Origin: Hydrolagus colliei
Lineage: Eukaryota
Length of the DNA stretch: 64,000 nucleotides
Assembly: GCA_035084275.1 (NCBI GenBank)
Contig: CM068748.1
Span: 12,772,001-12,836,000, forward strand
Reading direction: 5' to 3'
Below are positions 1 to 13,612 of the stretch, piece by piece. Every line of letters starts with the position of its first letter. Position 1 is the stretch's first letter. The notes beneath the pieces were generated by a model. That model was not told the DNA's origin, did not search any database, and saw nothing but the letters and a program-made list of their open reading frames with translations. A program made the translations under genes and the position numbers.

Positions 1-319
1 GCAAGCAAAAATGATGTAGTTCAAACCCACTTATCTTGATAGTTTCAGTTTTGACCTCCTCTATGTATCTATGGAGAATGAGAAAAAAAAAGCTAAACTG
101 GAGATAATGCTGGAGTACAATTCTGAAACAACTATAGCATTCCAGTCAGTCAATCAATTTCCATTCGCTCTTTCTGCATAGAAGTTCGATGTATCAAAAC
201 ATTTCCCATTTGTTTCCACACCCAAAAATTCCTAATGCAAACAGAATACTTAGATTAAGTGTTCAGATTCATTCAAACAAGCCTTAATCTGAGAATGGCA
301 CATGGCACAATTCTTTCAT

Positions 320-361
320 TTTAGTGCTAAGTGCGACAAATTTAGTGCTTAGTGCGACAAA
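320..361. repeat. 21-bp tandem duplication
   Basis: tttagtgctaagtgcgacaaa followed by tttagtgcttagtgcgacaaa (1 mismatch). Confidence 0.9.
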
Positions 362-749
362 TACAGCTAGCAAATTACATCCTGGCTAACATGCAATATA
401 AAACTAATCACTTTGATGCAAAACAGTTGCTTAACACTAAGTGTTCTGCTCAGCATCAGTTAATTAAATGTGATGTGTTACAATTAGCATCATTGATCAT
501 TTTACATCAGTAGATTTATAGAATTCTTCAACAATATGAAACTTGAATCCAAGTACAGTATAACACAGTTCTTGCTCCTCTGCTCAAAGAGAAATAGAAA
601 AGAAATCAAGTATAATAAAAAGGGTTTTCTACACATCAGATGTATTTAGATTCCAACAGCTTCAAGCAAAATTAATGAACTGATATTAGTTAATTTTTGA
701 GAGGAAAAATTGTATAAAGCTAACAATACAGTACACTCAGCACACGTAT

Positions 750-1048
750 ACAGTGGAGCTCCTGACTTACAAGTATGAGACCTGTGTTTAAATCCTGGCA
801 GATCAGGGCAAAACCTTGGGCAAGTTTCCTTACTCCACACAACCTAATAATAATTTGTCTAAAAAACACGTAATAAAATTGGTCATTTCAATCCATGACT
901 GTTTGTGGGACACCGCTGTGCGCAATTGGCTGCCGTGTTTCTCCCACAAATATACAGTCAATTCACTTTATAGTATATTCTGTGAAGCACTTTGAGACGT
1001 TGATAAGATGTGAAAAGCGCAATATCAAATGCATGGATTATTATTATA
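750..1048 (+). mobile_element. tRNA-derived SINE with Deu-like body and L2-type 3' tail (SINE2-1_CM-like)
   Basis: Head ggagctcctg...gtttaaatcc (degenerate B box), body gggacaccgctgtgcgcaattggctgcc, tail gtgaagcactttgagac...gtgaaaagcgcaatatcaaatgca(tta)n; homologous to many copies in the window. Confidence 0.9.
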
Positions 1049-1503
1049 ACAATTGTATTGATGTAGGAAGCCTTCGGTGAGAGTTTGGATGAACAAAGCC
1101 TTTTTGCCCATTCAAAGAAGTAGAGGAAAAAGAGAGAGAGGTTCAACTCTTTTGAGATCAAGGTAAAAGCCATGACAATGCAGACATGGAAATAATCAGA
1201 CCATACTCTGAGCACATTGTTAAATTATCAAGACTATTCAAAAGATTGAAATCACACAAATACAAAAAAAAGTACAAATTCTTGAAATGAATGATATGTT
1301 GTCAAAACATTGTGCTGGTAAGAAAAATGCATGGAAGCATTGCTTTCCCTCCAACACAATATTTCATTACTATTAACCATGCAATTGGGAAATTGTATTA
1401 AAAAAACAAGATGGAGAATTTTAGAAAAACACATGGAGTTATTAACCTAACAAAAGCTGAGTTTCTTTTGGTCTTTCTTTAAAAGTTGTTTTTTGCATTT
1501 ACT

Positions 1504-1568
1504 TCAGCGCCTTGGGACATCCTCCCGATGTGAAAGGTGCTCTAAAAATGTAATTTGGTTGTTTTGTT
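1504..1568 (+). mobile_element. L2 LINE 3' terminal stem-loop fragment (type b tail)
   Basis: cagcgccttgggacatcctcccgatgtgaaaggtgct plus gtt-rich tail; matches 44109-44172 and the reverse complement of 48469-48540. Confidence 0.85.
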
Positions 1569-2444
1569 ACATTTGCACAAAGCAAGAAGTCGACAATCAT
1601 TTCAGCTTAAGCATCTTAACATTTCATAGTTAAAACCAAATCCTTTACATTCCTTCTTATTAAAAATTACAGTACTTAAACTCTTTACTACAAGAACATA
1701 GATACAAATCACACTACCCTTGCTCGATTCAACACCAAATGCACGGATCGCTACCAGCATGTAGAATAACTTAGAATAAAATTGCCATTATTTTTCTGCC
1801 TATCTGTTAAATTGTTTTTTTGTGCTGATCGAGGTAATGGTCTGTCTAAAATAAATCTGAAATCTATTGGGTGTAATGCTTTAAAAATGGAATGTAATAA
1901 TTCACTGGAGACAGTACTTGTGAAGTCCTGACTTTTCTACAGGGTTATAAATGGAACCCGTTGTCAGTGAAGTAAAATTATCCCAATCAGACATCTCGAG
2001 GATGATGTCAACTCTAACTGAAACTCAAGAGTTAAATAGTTTCAGATAGTTTCTAAAGTCTTTAGTGTAACATCAGCGGGGAGATAGCAGTATTCCTCAA
2101 TAGTTTGTGCGCCATCACCCTCACCCCAGTTAATAAATCAATTGCCTTTATTGTGGGTGCATTGGTTGGAATCACATGGACGCAGCTCTTGCTTGACAGT
2201 ATGTGATGAACGACTGACAGGTTCAACTGTTTTGAGACCTAAAGGCCTGAGGTCCTGCAAAGAATTAAGAAAATAAGATTCTGAGATACAAATACAGATT
2301 AATATGATGGATTACAAGGAAAGTAAAACTGATGGATGGAACAATGCTATTGAAGGTTATCTGCATATGAATACATCGCAGCACAATAAAATAGTCACAG
2401 TTACAACATTGAATTCTGAGTAGAAGTTTGCATTGTTATTCATA

Positions 2445-2745
2445 ATAATATTAATTCTTACATTTGATACAGTCTTTAACAAAAGGAGAGCATTTCAAGG
2501 CGCTTCACGGGATATACTGAAAAGTGTAGGGACTGCATTCTGTGGATGAATGCGACAGCCAACTAGGACATGGCAAAGTCCTACAAATAACCATGAAATG
2601 AATCACCTATTTTCATATCAGCAGGAGAAACTCCCTTCTGTTTTCAACTCACGCCATGGGATTTTAATGTCCGCCTGAACAGCAGTCAGTACCTTGGTTT
2701 AATGACTTTTGAAGGACAGCACCTCCAAGAATATAGCAACGATTA
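2445..2745 (-). mobile_element. Older long Deu-domain SINE (AmnSINE1/SacSINE1-like), decayed
   Basis: gccatgggattttaatgtccgcctgaacag and ggtttaatgacttttgaaggacagcacctcc are the reverse complement of the Deu core seen at 33480-33580; L2-type tail at about 2450-2510. Confidence 0.7.
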
Positions 2746-2839
2746 CAAGCTCAATATCCCGATGTGGGAAAATGCAGTAGCATCTCATTTTATTTATACA
2801 TCTGTTGTAGAATTACATGTTTTGTATACTGCAAAGTAA

Positions 2840-2935
2840 ATTTGTCAATTTACTTTGCAGTATACTATATGAAGAACTTTGAGACGTTTAGAAGATGTGA
2901 AAAGTGCTATATCAAATGTAAGGATTATTATTATG
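2840..2935 (+). mobile_element. SINE 3' fragment
   Basis: gtcaatttactttgcagtata...tttgagacgtttagaagatgtgaaaagtgctatatcaaatgtaaggattattatt. Confidence 0.85.
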
Positions 2936-3929
2936 ATCCACATCAAGGTTAAAGGCTAACACACCAATCACCTTATTTCTTTATGCAAATTTTCTCCTTT
3001 GTTCAGCAGGGACAGGCAGGCTGAAGGTGTTTTCTTTCACCCCTCACAATGAGTTGGGCCAAATGATTTGCTTCCTTCCCTGCTGCTATGTAATATGTAA
3101 TTAAATACATGGTTAAACTTTTTTTAAAGTTATATATTGAATACTATTAAGGATCCAGTCTAAGAATATGGTTAATTATCGCAGTAATAATAATATTTAG
3201 CACCGTTTCAGGACATAACCCCGATTATGTAACAGATATGTTGGTCCCATGCTGCAGGCTGCAGAGGAAATTCAGTGCTGGAAAGGATAATGAAATGTCA
3301 CAAGAGGTGATTTATAATCTAATTAACTAGATTTCTAAAGTAAAATTAACGTACTTTTGCTGACTGCTAAAAATGCATACAAAAATTTGCTTTGCCATGG
3401 GGCAGAAGAGATTTCTCTAATTGTCCATATGCTTTCATTTTATTATTTTCCCTATTTAGCATTGGAGTAATTTTATAATGCTTAGAATCATCCAAAATTT
3501 AATTAAAATCCTCTACCAGTTTTCTATGTGCCCCAGCTTAACAGTTTGATGAAAACCCTGTTTTTGACCATTTACTTTGTAAATCAACTATGCCAAGCAA
3601 CCATTCATTGACTGATAAACGTTAGACCTGAAAGTTTCAAATAATTTCTTACAGTAGCATATAATGCAAATATAAATATACAGCTTTTGCTTTCAAAGTA
3701 ACAGTGGATCTTTCCTGCAAGTGAGAAGTAAATACTTTCCGATTAACAGCTTGTACTGACACAGAACTGATAACATAGGTTGATCATTTTTTGTGCTATA
3801 ATCGGGTGTACATTCTAGTGCTTCTCTGAAAACAGCACAAAATGTAACAAGAGATCGGAACTTGAAATGCTTATAAGATACATTGTGGAGTTCATCATAT
3901 GTTGATCATTGAAAACTACAATCTTTTTA

Positions 3930-5400
3930 CAACAGTTTCCCCAAGGGAAATCCCATTATGAGGGTGATTGGTGCTTGGTAATAGAATAAACTTTGAATTT
4001 TAGCATCATCAAGCACTCCTGAGTAAAGCATGTCATGGATAGTTTGAAGGCAAATAAACAATGTGCCTTTAACCTTCATCTCAGAAGAGCTTTCCGGCTT
4101 CATCAGTATGGCGTCCATTTCTGCAATACATGTCTTTATGATCTCTTTGAGCAAACCCAGAAATACTAATTTGATGGTACAGAAAGGGATGGAGTTGATC
4201 TCAGCACTGTTCTGGTTTAAAACAAAATTGAATTGTAGGATGAAAATGGTAAATGTCAAAGGAATACAAGCTATCGCAGAAGAGATGTGATAGGTCAGAT
4301 AGGAATATTTATGCTTCATCTAAATCAAAGCACTATTGAACCTATGTATAAAACATAACAAAAGAAGATCTGAACCCGAGTTACTAAGAAGAGACATGGT
4401 GTTGTTTATCAAATCAACAAAATGATGGGGAAATTGGGTAAGATAAAGATCCTATGAATCTGGCACTGTATTTTATACAGTTACAAACAATTTGAGGATA
4501 TTAATGTAACATCCCCAAATCACTTCTTCTGATCGGAGGATATCGTGTCAGGATATCGTGTCTACAAGACAGACAATAATGAGATGGCATCTCAAATGAT
4601 TTCCTAAAAATATGCCAATAGAGAGTGATGAAGAGTTTAAAAGTTGAATAATGTTAACTTAAAGAACAGGAAGCATGTACTGTGTTGAGCATCCATCCAG
4701 CACTTTTACCCCTAGCGGTTTAAAATAAATATTTATTTTGTTACCAAACTCAAGAGAATTTTCTTATTAATAACCCAATGGAATATTTGCCTGTACAATA
4801 GTCAGTTATAGTTACTGAGCTGCAAAGTGCAGCAGCTTTATCAACAATTCTGAGATCTCAGAAATGTCAGTGCTTTGAAGTTTTTGAGATAGAAGAACAA
4901 GGATTATTGCAAAATATCACTATACAAAAACAAAGAATTGGTTTGCGGTTGTTAAAAGAGATGCTCTGGAGAGTATGCAAACAAGTGCAAATACAACAAA
5001 TTCTGGGCTGAAATCCAAAACCTACAACAATAGATTGAGGAAGCTTAGGTTATTTTCCAATTAGAAAAGAAGGTTAAGGGGCGATATTATACAAGTATTC
5101 AAATTAGTGTAAGATTTGATAAAAATGGAAATTAATACATTCTTCATAGTGCATGTACAGCATAGGATGAGAAAGTTTGATAAGATGTGTAAGAAAAGGC
5201 CTAACAAGGAAGCAATTTCCGCTCAGATCATATATACGTGTGGAATAAGCTGCTCCCGACAGGGTGGATTCCCTCACCCAGAAGACAGTTGGGAACATAT
5301 TTGGTACAAATGGAGATTGAATGAAATAGGAAAGCATGTCTAATTTACGCAATGATTAAATAGCTCAGAGATTATAGAGTTTGCAGTGGACAAACAGTTA
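3930..5400 (+). mobile_element. Highly decayed CR1-clade LINE (ORF2 RT remnant and 3' end)
   Basis: About 4975-5110 translates MQTSANTTNSGLKSKTYNNRLRKLRLFSN*KRRLRGDIIQVFKL, matching the CR1 C-terminal pattern VQRRATKMIPGL..LSYEERL..LGLFSLEKRRLRGDLIEVFK; about 4100-4280 (HQYGVHFCNTCLYDLFEQ...KGIQ) weakly resembles the QHGF..SCLTNLLEFFE region; many stops. Confidence 0.65.
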
Positions 5401-7907
5401 TGTATAGTCTAAGCAGACTCTAGATTTGCCGAGACTACAAGCAGAGTTCTACACAATGCAAATGACAGCATTTTATATGCTAATTTGGTCTTCTGCAATT
5501 TAAGAAGGAAGTTGCATTCAGTATATATATATTTTTTAAAAGATATAAATTATTAAACATCACTAATGTCCATCTCAAATTGAATGCTGTACAATCAGCC
5601 CCCATTTATTTATGCTCCTATTTTTCTACAGTGACAAAAAAAACTTCATCAAACAAAAAAATTTCCTGGTCTTTTTTGTTCTCATCATTTGATCTTCATT
5701 TCTTTGCAGACTTTTGTGTAATTTTTTTAAAATTTTTTAAAAACTTTTTTCTTCTTTTCTCATCTTCCAGTTTTGTCACCGCTGAACTGCTCCCCAAGGC
5801 AGATTCCTCTCCTGCAGCTGTGTTAACCCATTTCAACTTCATATTTAAAAACTTTTACTGTTTCACTTTATCTCTGCTTGGACTGTTTGGCTATCGCATT
5901 ACTTTCCAACAAAGCAACATCACACTTTATCAGAGGAACTCAAAAGTACATTTGAAGTGTTGATAATTTCCACTTATAGCTGTTTTTAATAGGTTCTGCT
6001 GGAAAGATCTGTCTTCGCATAGTTTATTCTAATATTTCTTTCAGGTGCAGATTTTTAAATCACAGCTCTTTATGATTTTGTACGTTAGTATAAGAGGGCA
6101 AATTGCGATACCAGCTTCCGTTTAGAAACAAAATCATTACCTCACACTTAAGAAAGGGTGTTACAATGACTAAAGCCATAGAGATAGTGCCAAGAAGGTT
6201 CAAGCCACTTTGCCCCCACCTTCTGGAACGCTCTTCTAAAATCCCTTCATATTGACCTCTCACTCTGTGCATTCAACTTCTATCTAAAGACTTAGATTGT
6301 GTTTTCAATAACCCCCCCCCACCCCTGCACCACGCCCACTCCCAGCAGCTTCCTGCCACCTTAGGTTCTTCCTTCATCTGTGTAAAGCCTCATGCGTAGT
6401 ACAAGTGTAGTTCAACATTATAAGTAGCATCATCAGATAGTGATTATTCAAGTCCTATTTTGGAAGCATCAATCTTGGAAAAAGTACCTCTTGCAGATCT
6501 GCATATTAAAATCACTAGCATCTTGCCAAGCAGGAAGATACAATACACCGCTACCTTTAAAAACACTTGTGTTTCAAAATAAATGTTGGGACAGGCAAAT
6601 AATTTCTCATCGTTAACCATTTATTTTTCCTAAAATTTGAACTTTTCTGTTGGCTATAGGTGGCTTCTTCTGTGGAAACAGTTAGTTTACATTTAAAACA
6701 CTTACAATACTTCTTGTTACCACAATAGTTTATCAGTGTAGAATTTGTTTATTTGGGTGGTGGGGAGTCGGTGGTGGGTGAGGGGAAAGGGTGAGGGGGA
6801 AAAAACTAAATTAAATTAGAACATAATGCATCATTTAATTTTTAAATATCCATTACCTTGTTAACACAAAATAAAATGAACAGTTTATGAATGTAAAGTG
6901 AGGTTGTTGTTAATTGAACATTCAGTTAAAATACAGATCGAGGACAAAAGCAGTCTTTCGCTGGACGTTTTAATTTAGGGCAAGAACTGGTCACAGAGGT
7001 CACATCAGTTTTTTTTAAAAAGTTAAGAGTGCAGCTCGTGGATTTGATATTGCAGATCTGCAGGAAGTGCATTTCTGAGATTAATGCTTCCAAATGATTA
7101 CTTGAATAATGAGTGGCTGATGATGCTATTTCTTATGATGTAGACTTATAGAGGTCTCTTAGGGGAGCAATAAAAAGTGATTATAGAAAGTCTTCGGGGC
7201 ACAATTGACAATGCATATGTTGATAAGGTCAAAGAGAAACTGTCTAGTTTTTCGCAAGCAAGTTATTACATTAATACTATGTAAAGAAGTGCACTTATGT
7301 TTAAAAAGGAGAGACAGTATATTATAAAAAAATTCCCCCATTCAACAATAAGGCCGCTGCATTAGAAATTAGAAATAATATGCACACAGCAGATATTGTG
7401 ATGCAGTTTCACAGCCTGCTGGTTGTGCACATTTGACACAAAATGCAGGTTATACACATTGCGATCGGACAGTCATGAATATAGTGACAGGAAAGGTTAG
7501 ACATGTTGGCTTAGGTCATATTGTCCTTTTCATGCTCATTCTTGGTCATCAGTCATGGAATGTTAAATACCTAAAATCTCAGGATTTTTATTTCCAACAA
7601 CTGCTTAAAACAGATGACTACATTTTGGAAAACCGAATAGAAAATGTTAATGTATTTTACTGAATGAAAATGTGGGCTGAATGGTGGGTTGTCCAGGAGT
7701 AACAATTCATGTGCTGTTCATTGGAACCAATTGACTTCCTACATTACAAATTCACTCTTTGAAACATAAGCAGTTATCCTTTTACAGTAACTAGTTATAT
7801 TCTACACATAAATAGGCTACAGTATATAGATGTGTACCAGTGCATATATTGGCAAGAATAATGGAAACATGTTGAGTAGTGCTGGATATACTGAAAAACG
7901 TATTAAA

Positions 7908-8994
7908 ATCCTCCTCCATTGCCTGTACTCCGTTATCCACCTCAGTGGGACTGCACTTGCCTGGTTCGAGTCCTACCTCACAAACCGCCGGCAGTACATC
8001 TCCACAAACGGCTTTTTCTCCCACTTTCACCCGGTTACCTGTGGGGTACCCCAAGGATCCTTCCTGCCCCTAAAACTCTCTGAACCCAAATGCAACTTGT
8101 CAGGTTCAACCCCCAATTATCCTTCCTCCCCACATCCAGTCCCTCACCAGCACCACTTTCTTCTATCTCCGACGCATCACCCGTCTCCGCTAATATCTCA
8201 CCCCAAAAGCCGTCAAAACCCACATGCCTAATAATAATCCATCCCCCAAAAAACACAATAATAAAATTGGTCATTTCAATCCACGACTGTTTGTGGGACA
8301 CTGCTGTGCCCAATTGACTGCTGTGTTTCACCCACAAATATACAGTCAATTCAATTTACAGTATATTCTGTGAAGCGCTTTGAGACATTGATAAGATGTG
8401 AAAAGCGCCATATCAAATGCAAGGATTATTATTATTATTTGTCACCCCTCGGCTGGACTATTCAAATGCCCTTCTCGCCGGTCTCCCTTTCGCTACCGTT
8501 CATAAGGTCATCCTGAATTCTGCCGCCTGCATTCTTACCCATACCAAACTCTGCTCCAAGGTAACTCCAGTCCTTGCCAGACTGCACTGGCTCCCTGTCC
8601 TGGAGAGGATCAATTTCAAGATCCTCACTTTTGATTTCAAATCCCTCCATGCACCCCACTACCTCTCTGACCTCCTCACAACAGTATCCTTTGCCTTCGC
8701 TCCACCTGGTCTGGCCTCCTCCTTGTCCCCCAAATCCTCCATTCCACCATCGGCAGCCGTAACTTCAGCCACTACGCCCCGAAGTTCTGGAACTCCTTTC
8801 CTCACTCCCTTCACTTCGCCGTCTCTCTTCCTACTTTCGGGTCGCAGCTAAAGACCTTGCTTTTTGACCGCACTTTCGGTCACCTTCTTCTGCCTTCCCC
8901 TGGCATGGCCCCGGGATTCATTATAGGGAAGCACTCTGAGACACTGTGCTGCACGGAGGGCACTAAATAAATCCAAGTGGTTGTTGCTGTTGTT
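7908..8994 (+). mobile_element. L2 LINE fragment (type a), internally deleted and interrupted by a SINE
   Basis: ILLHCLYSVIHLSGTALAWFESYLTNRRQYISTNGF..VTCGVPQGS and FVTPRLDYSNALLAGLP..LHWLPVLERINFKIL; colinear with 31860-33027; (gtt)n tail. Confidence 0.95.
8222..8438 (+). mobile_element. 5'-truncated SINE nested in the L2
   Basis: catgcctaataataatcc...gggacactgctgtgcccaattg...gtgaagcgctttgagac...caaggattattatt. Confidence 0.93.
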
Positions 8995-11299
8995 AGAGAA
9001 GTGCTCACTGAGGGCAGTTCAATATCTTCCACACTAAAATATTACACCACAAACTATTGACATTTTCTCCCAATGCTTCCCTTTGGTCAACGTTGATGAA
9101 CATTAGAAGAAGCCTTTAGATGGGTTAGGTCGTGAAATTATCGTGAATGCAGCCCCTGGTCTTTATATCTGCAGAACATGTTCATTTTGTCAATCACCAA
9201 GGTATAGGGATGGACATCCCACTTATTTTTCATGCTGCTTGACAACGAGATACAAATGCACTTATTCGTCATCAGGGAATACAGAAACTGGTCACAATGC
9301 ATTTTTACTTAACTGCTAATTTGTTTTGCATCAAATTTGCAGCAGAATCCCAGAAATTGGTCAACTGCCAACCACTTTGAGTCACTTAGTCTAGTTAAGT
9401 TTCAGAGCAACAATTCCTACAAATTGTCCTCAGAGTACTCCAGTGCTACAAAAACAGAAGATTTCCCTGAGGCTGGAACACGCTTTGCTCTCAGTTTTCA
9501 AATTAAATTTCATCGGTTGTTACCAAGTATTTAAGCAAGACCTGAGCTGGTCAACTGTCTGCATCGACCTCGAAGAGAAAGTTGCATCCAGTTTAAATCG
9601 GCGTGGTCCCAATGAGATTACGTCTCAAGCTTTACTTCTGTAACAATTTGAAAATCAAAGTGAAAGGGTAGAGGTATGGAAGGAGTTCTCTAATAATTCT
9701 ATATCCTAAAATTCTAATATATTTAGCAAAGACTAAAATTCCTGAACACCTCAAATGCACCTGTGTCAGATTAGCTTCCTTTCTATTAGTTGAAATGAAT
9801 AGCACATCACAGGGATGATCATTGAGCTTGCTTTAACCACAACTGTTTGAATTGTCTGTGGGTTTGGGAGCTTCTAATATTTCTTCACCAAAACCAATCC
9901 AAATAAAATAATTCATTTCATCCAGGATATTAATTTCCACATAACCATCGGCCAGTCTGAGAGTCTGCAGGCAAAATATTAAACCTTTATTTGACCCCCA
10001 AATGGATGTGAAATCCTGAAACACAGTGCAGATTCCATCTCTTTGGTATTTAAAAGAAAAAGCCACCCCAGGAGCAAGTTGTCTCCAAGAGATGTTGCCC
10101 TTATAATCAAATACAGTGTTGAGATTTCTAGTACAGCTTCCTGTAGATGTCTATTCATGCAGCACCTTCTCAATAGGAAGTGAACTTTCATGTCAGTTTA
10201 CCATACAACACCTAGTAATCATTCTGAATCCCACACTCTGGCATTAGTATTACTTTAACATATTCCAAGCGGTGTGTCAACTCCACTGACTGAGCAAATG
10301 GAGGACCAACATGGTTGCTAAGCCAAGCATTCCAGTTGGCGATACTTCCCCTGAACTCTGATCTTCATGACCAATTCTGTAATTGGCAGGAACACAAAGG
10401 TTGAGAGTTTAGTCAGGGATGTCAGTGGACAAACTAATCTTCCTGAAGTGGAACTCTGAAGTGAAAAGATGATCCTTCATCAGAGAAGACCCTCCTCATA
10501 TTTTTCTTTCTTCCATCAGTAGAAAATTTCAACAAACCTTAAAATTAAATTACTGCATGGTCGTCTCAATTCATTTGATACAAGCAGATGACAACTGTTT
10601 TCAATATCAAAACGGGAATAAATTGTACTTCACTTAAGCTTCAGATCCACAAAATGTAAAGATCAACCTCAACCCACAGCGGTAATCAGATTCAGTCATG
10701 TTTGGCAGATTCAGTCAACATCGGGAGGAATTATGATCACCACTTCAGTATCCTCTTCTCTGTTGTAAGAGAGTTCGGCAGACAACCGAGATCCTTTTAT
10801 ACTTACTACCAATTGTTATAGCTGTTCATAGAATACTAGAGGTGACATCTGAATAACATAACTACTGTACTGGCAGTGATTGTCCTGTTCAATCACAGGT
10901 GTAATTCCTTTCAACAGCTCCCTTCCCCAGCAATCCAGAATGGCATTCGATGATAGAAATAACACATTATTGTCAACTATTACAGGAACGACTGATCCCT
11001 TCTCAATGAACATGATCGAACATGCATTCTAATTACCAGATTTAGCAAAGCCTCATGCAACTGTCAATCAAATGATCAATCAGCTTTATTGAGAATAGAA
11101 CTTTTACCCACAATTAAACTGCAACATTGTACTTCAATCTAAACTATAATGTAAAGTGATGAATGCCCAGGAATTATTCCATACACCACAAAAGGTGAGG
11201 AGTATAACTGCAGCACAATTTCCAACAGTGCAAATGATTTATAAACTGTGACACCAAACCGTGAGCAAATTATTCTTATCTAAAATCTAGGAAAATTTA

Positions 11300-11450
11300 A
11301 AAATTGGTCACTCACTACATAGCTGTTTGTGCAATTGATTGCCACATTGCATCCATAATAGTCAAATCCACTTTACAGTATATCCTGTGAAGCACTTTGA
11401 GATGCCTATAATGTGACAAGGGGCTGTATCAAATGCAAAGATTATTATAT
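11300..11450 (+). mobile_element. Decayed SINE 3' half
   Basis: aattggtcactc...cactttacagtatatcctgtgaagcactttgagatg...atcaaatgcaaagattatt. Confidence 0.8.
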
Positions 11451-12979
11451 ATCCCTGCATAGATTTGACCTAGCGCCTTTCACATTGGGAGGTTATCTAA
11501 AAGCTCTCCATGGGCTACATTGTGAAATGGAGTGACTGTTTTGTGTGCAAGCATAAACACTTATTCCACTTTGATTCAAATAATCACTTGGCTTCCAGTG
11601 GATCTCATGGTAGCTAGCATAATTTGATCAACCAATAAGTGATGGAAACCAAATGTTTCCAATTGTCACAATTATTGTAGTGATACCCCAGAGATAACTT
11701 AAGAAAGCAAAACAAGTAATATCTTACTGTGTATATCACACACACATAATATGTACTCGACCTTGCAAAAATTGCTAATCATCCCTGGCTGAACCATCTT
11801 CCTATGTGAGCAAGTAACTTTCCAGACCATACAATAATGGATGTCAAAAAGCACTATTCTTCAATAAGTGCTATTGGTGACATTTTTTGCTCACTGTTGT
11901 TATCAAAGATTCACAAACCTAATGACAGAGTTTTTGGAGGAAGGAACGTTTGATCCAAAGGAAGGATTTTAAAGCTGCTGAATTTGCATGTTTTCAGATT
12001 CCAAATCTGTCTATCTTTTGATTCTTTTTCCAAATGTGAAAGAAAAATACAAGTACTGACTGCAAGCCGACAGACGTTAAGCTGAGTGAGCAAAGGCACC
12101 TTCAGACTTGGGATCGAGTCACCATACGTTCTCTGCAACTTGTGAAATTCACAGGACCACGACAATTTATATGATGTACAATTAATACATGAGGCCCAGA
12201 GTTAAATTTGTTTCACAGTCAATCATAATAAGTTGCCGTTCACCATTTTTTCAGGAGGGACTTCTTTGTATCCCTTGTCCTCCAAATATATGGATTTCAA
12301 AAGGAAAGGGAACTGGTTCTGATTGAAGAAGTGGAATGCTAATACTGCATTCTGATTGAAGCACAAAGCAAAAGTATTTTATTTTAACCTTAACTGGATT
12401 TCAGCCCAATTACTGCCATTCGGCAACGATGCCCCCCAAAGATTGTCATTTACCTCATGTTCTAATAAAAGTTTCATCAACTTTATTCAGTCATTGGCAT
12501 TGTTCTAACCTTCAGTTCTGCCATGGGATTTGACTATAGAAATCGTAGCCTGCTGAGCTAACAGTAAGAGCAGTTTGCTGATAAGCAGTGAATGGAATTG
12601 TAGCAGACTGACACTATAGTCACCTTTACAGGGAAAAATCAATGTCAGCTTCGATTACTATAATCCGATTTAACTTCTGCAGTTGCGGCAGTCCCTTCTC
12701 CTGGTCCGCCCATTCTTACCCAGCAATTTGCACCCAGAAGAATAAAACCAAAGAGATTAAAAATTTGCTTATGGTATATACAGCATAATCATTTAGAATT
12801 ACAGAATGAATACCATATCCAGTCTGTGCTGCACGTGACTTTGAAGGGCTAGAGGTTCACTCTGGCTCCAAAAGTATATAAATCTTCCACCTGCCCCAGC
12901 GCTGTCACCTTGAGAAGTATAAACAACAAATAATCTTATATTTGATACAGCACCTTTCATATTGGAAGGACATCTCAAG

Positions 12980-13612
12980 TGTCTCCTGGCTCCACCACTG
13001 CATCTTCCCTCAGGCTGCCGAGACCCTCATCCACTCATTTGTCATATCTACGGTGGACTGGGCAAACACCCTGCTTGTCAACCTTCCCAACTCTTCCCTC
13101 CACATCTACAGATCATTCAGAACTCTGCTGCTCATGTACTTTACCGCACCAGGTTCCGTGACCGTGTCACCTCCACCCTCACTCGACTCAACCAGAAGAT
13201 AGAGTTGAAAATCCTCATCCTCATCCTTCAAAGCCTTCCACGACCTTGCTCCTTCCTGTTTCTGTGGCCTGCTAACCCCATATCGACCTGTCTGTTCCCT
13301 CTAATCAGCAGGCCACGTTTCCCGCTGGCCTGGCCCGGCCTGACCCACACCACCATTGCTGTTCAAGCCTTCAGCCTCTCTGCCCACAACCTCTGGAACT
13401 CTATCCTAGAGTCCCTTTGCCTTGTTCCCTCTCTTGCGTCCTTCAAGACACGTCTCAAGACTCGCGACTTTGGTTATCCTCCTACTACTTCCCTTCCTTC
13501 CCTCCACCCATTTCAATCTAATCTCTGCTCATATCCAAATCCCTGACTGTCTAATGACTTGGGATGTCCTCCCAAAGTGAAAGACACAAAACTAATGTAA
13601 TTTGTTGTGTTA
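12980..13612 (+). mobile_element. L2 LINE 3' fragment (type b)
   Basis: AAETLIHSFVISTVDWANTLLVNLP and LQIIQNSAAHVL..IELKILIL..AFSLSAHNLWNS..FKTRLKT; tail ttgggatgtcctcccaaagtgaaag..ttgttg. Confidence 0.9.

Noticed and set aside
3927-4319. 130-aa minus-strand ORF
   Set aside because: Antisense to the decayed CR1 RT region; no splice signals or recognisable domain
6755-6800. G-run cluster (possible G-quadruplex), also near 19465, 27410 and 41930
   Set aside because: Short G-rich simple sequence with no supporting context
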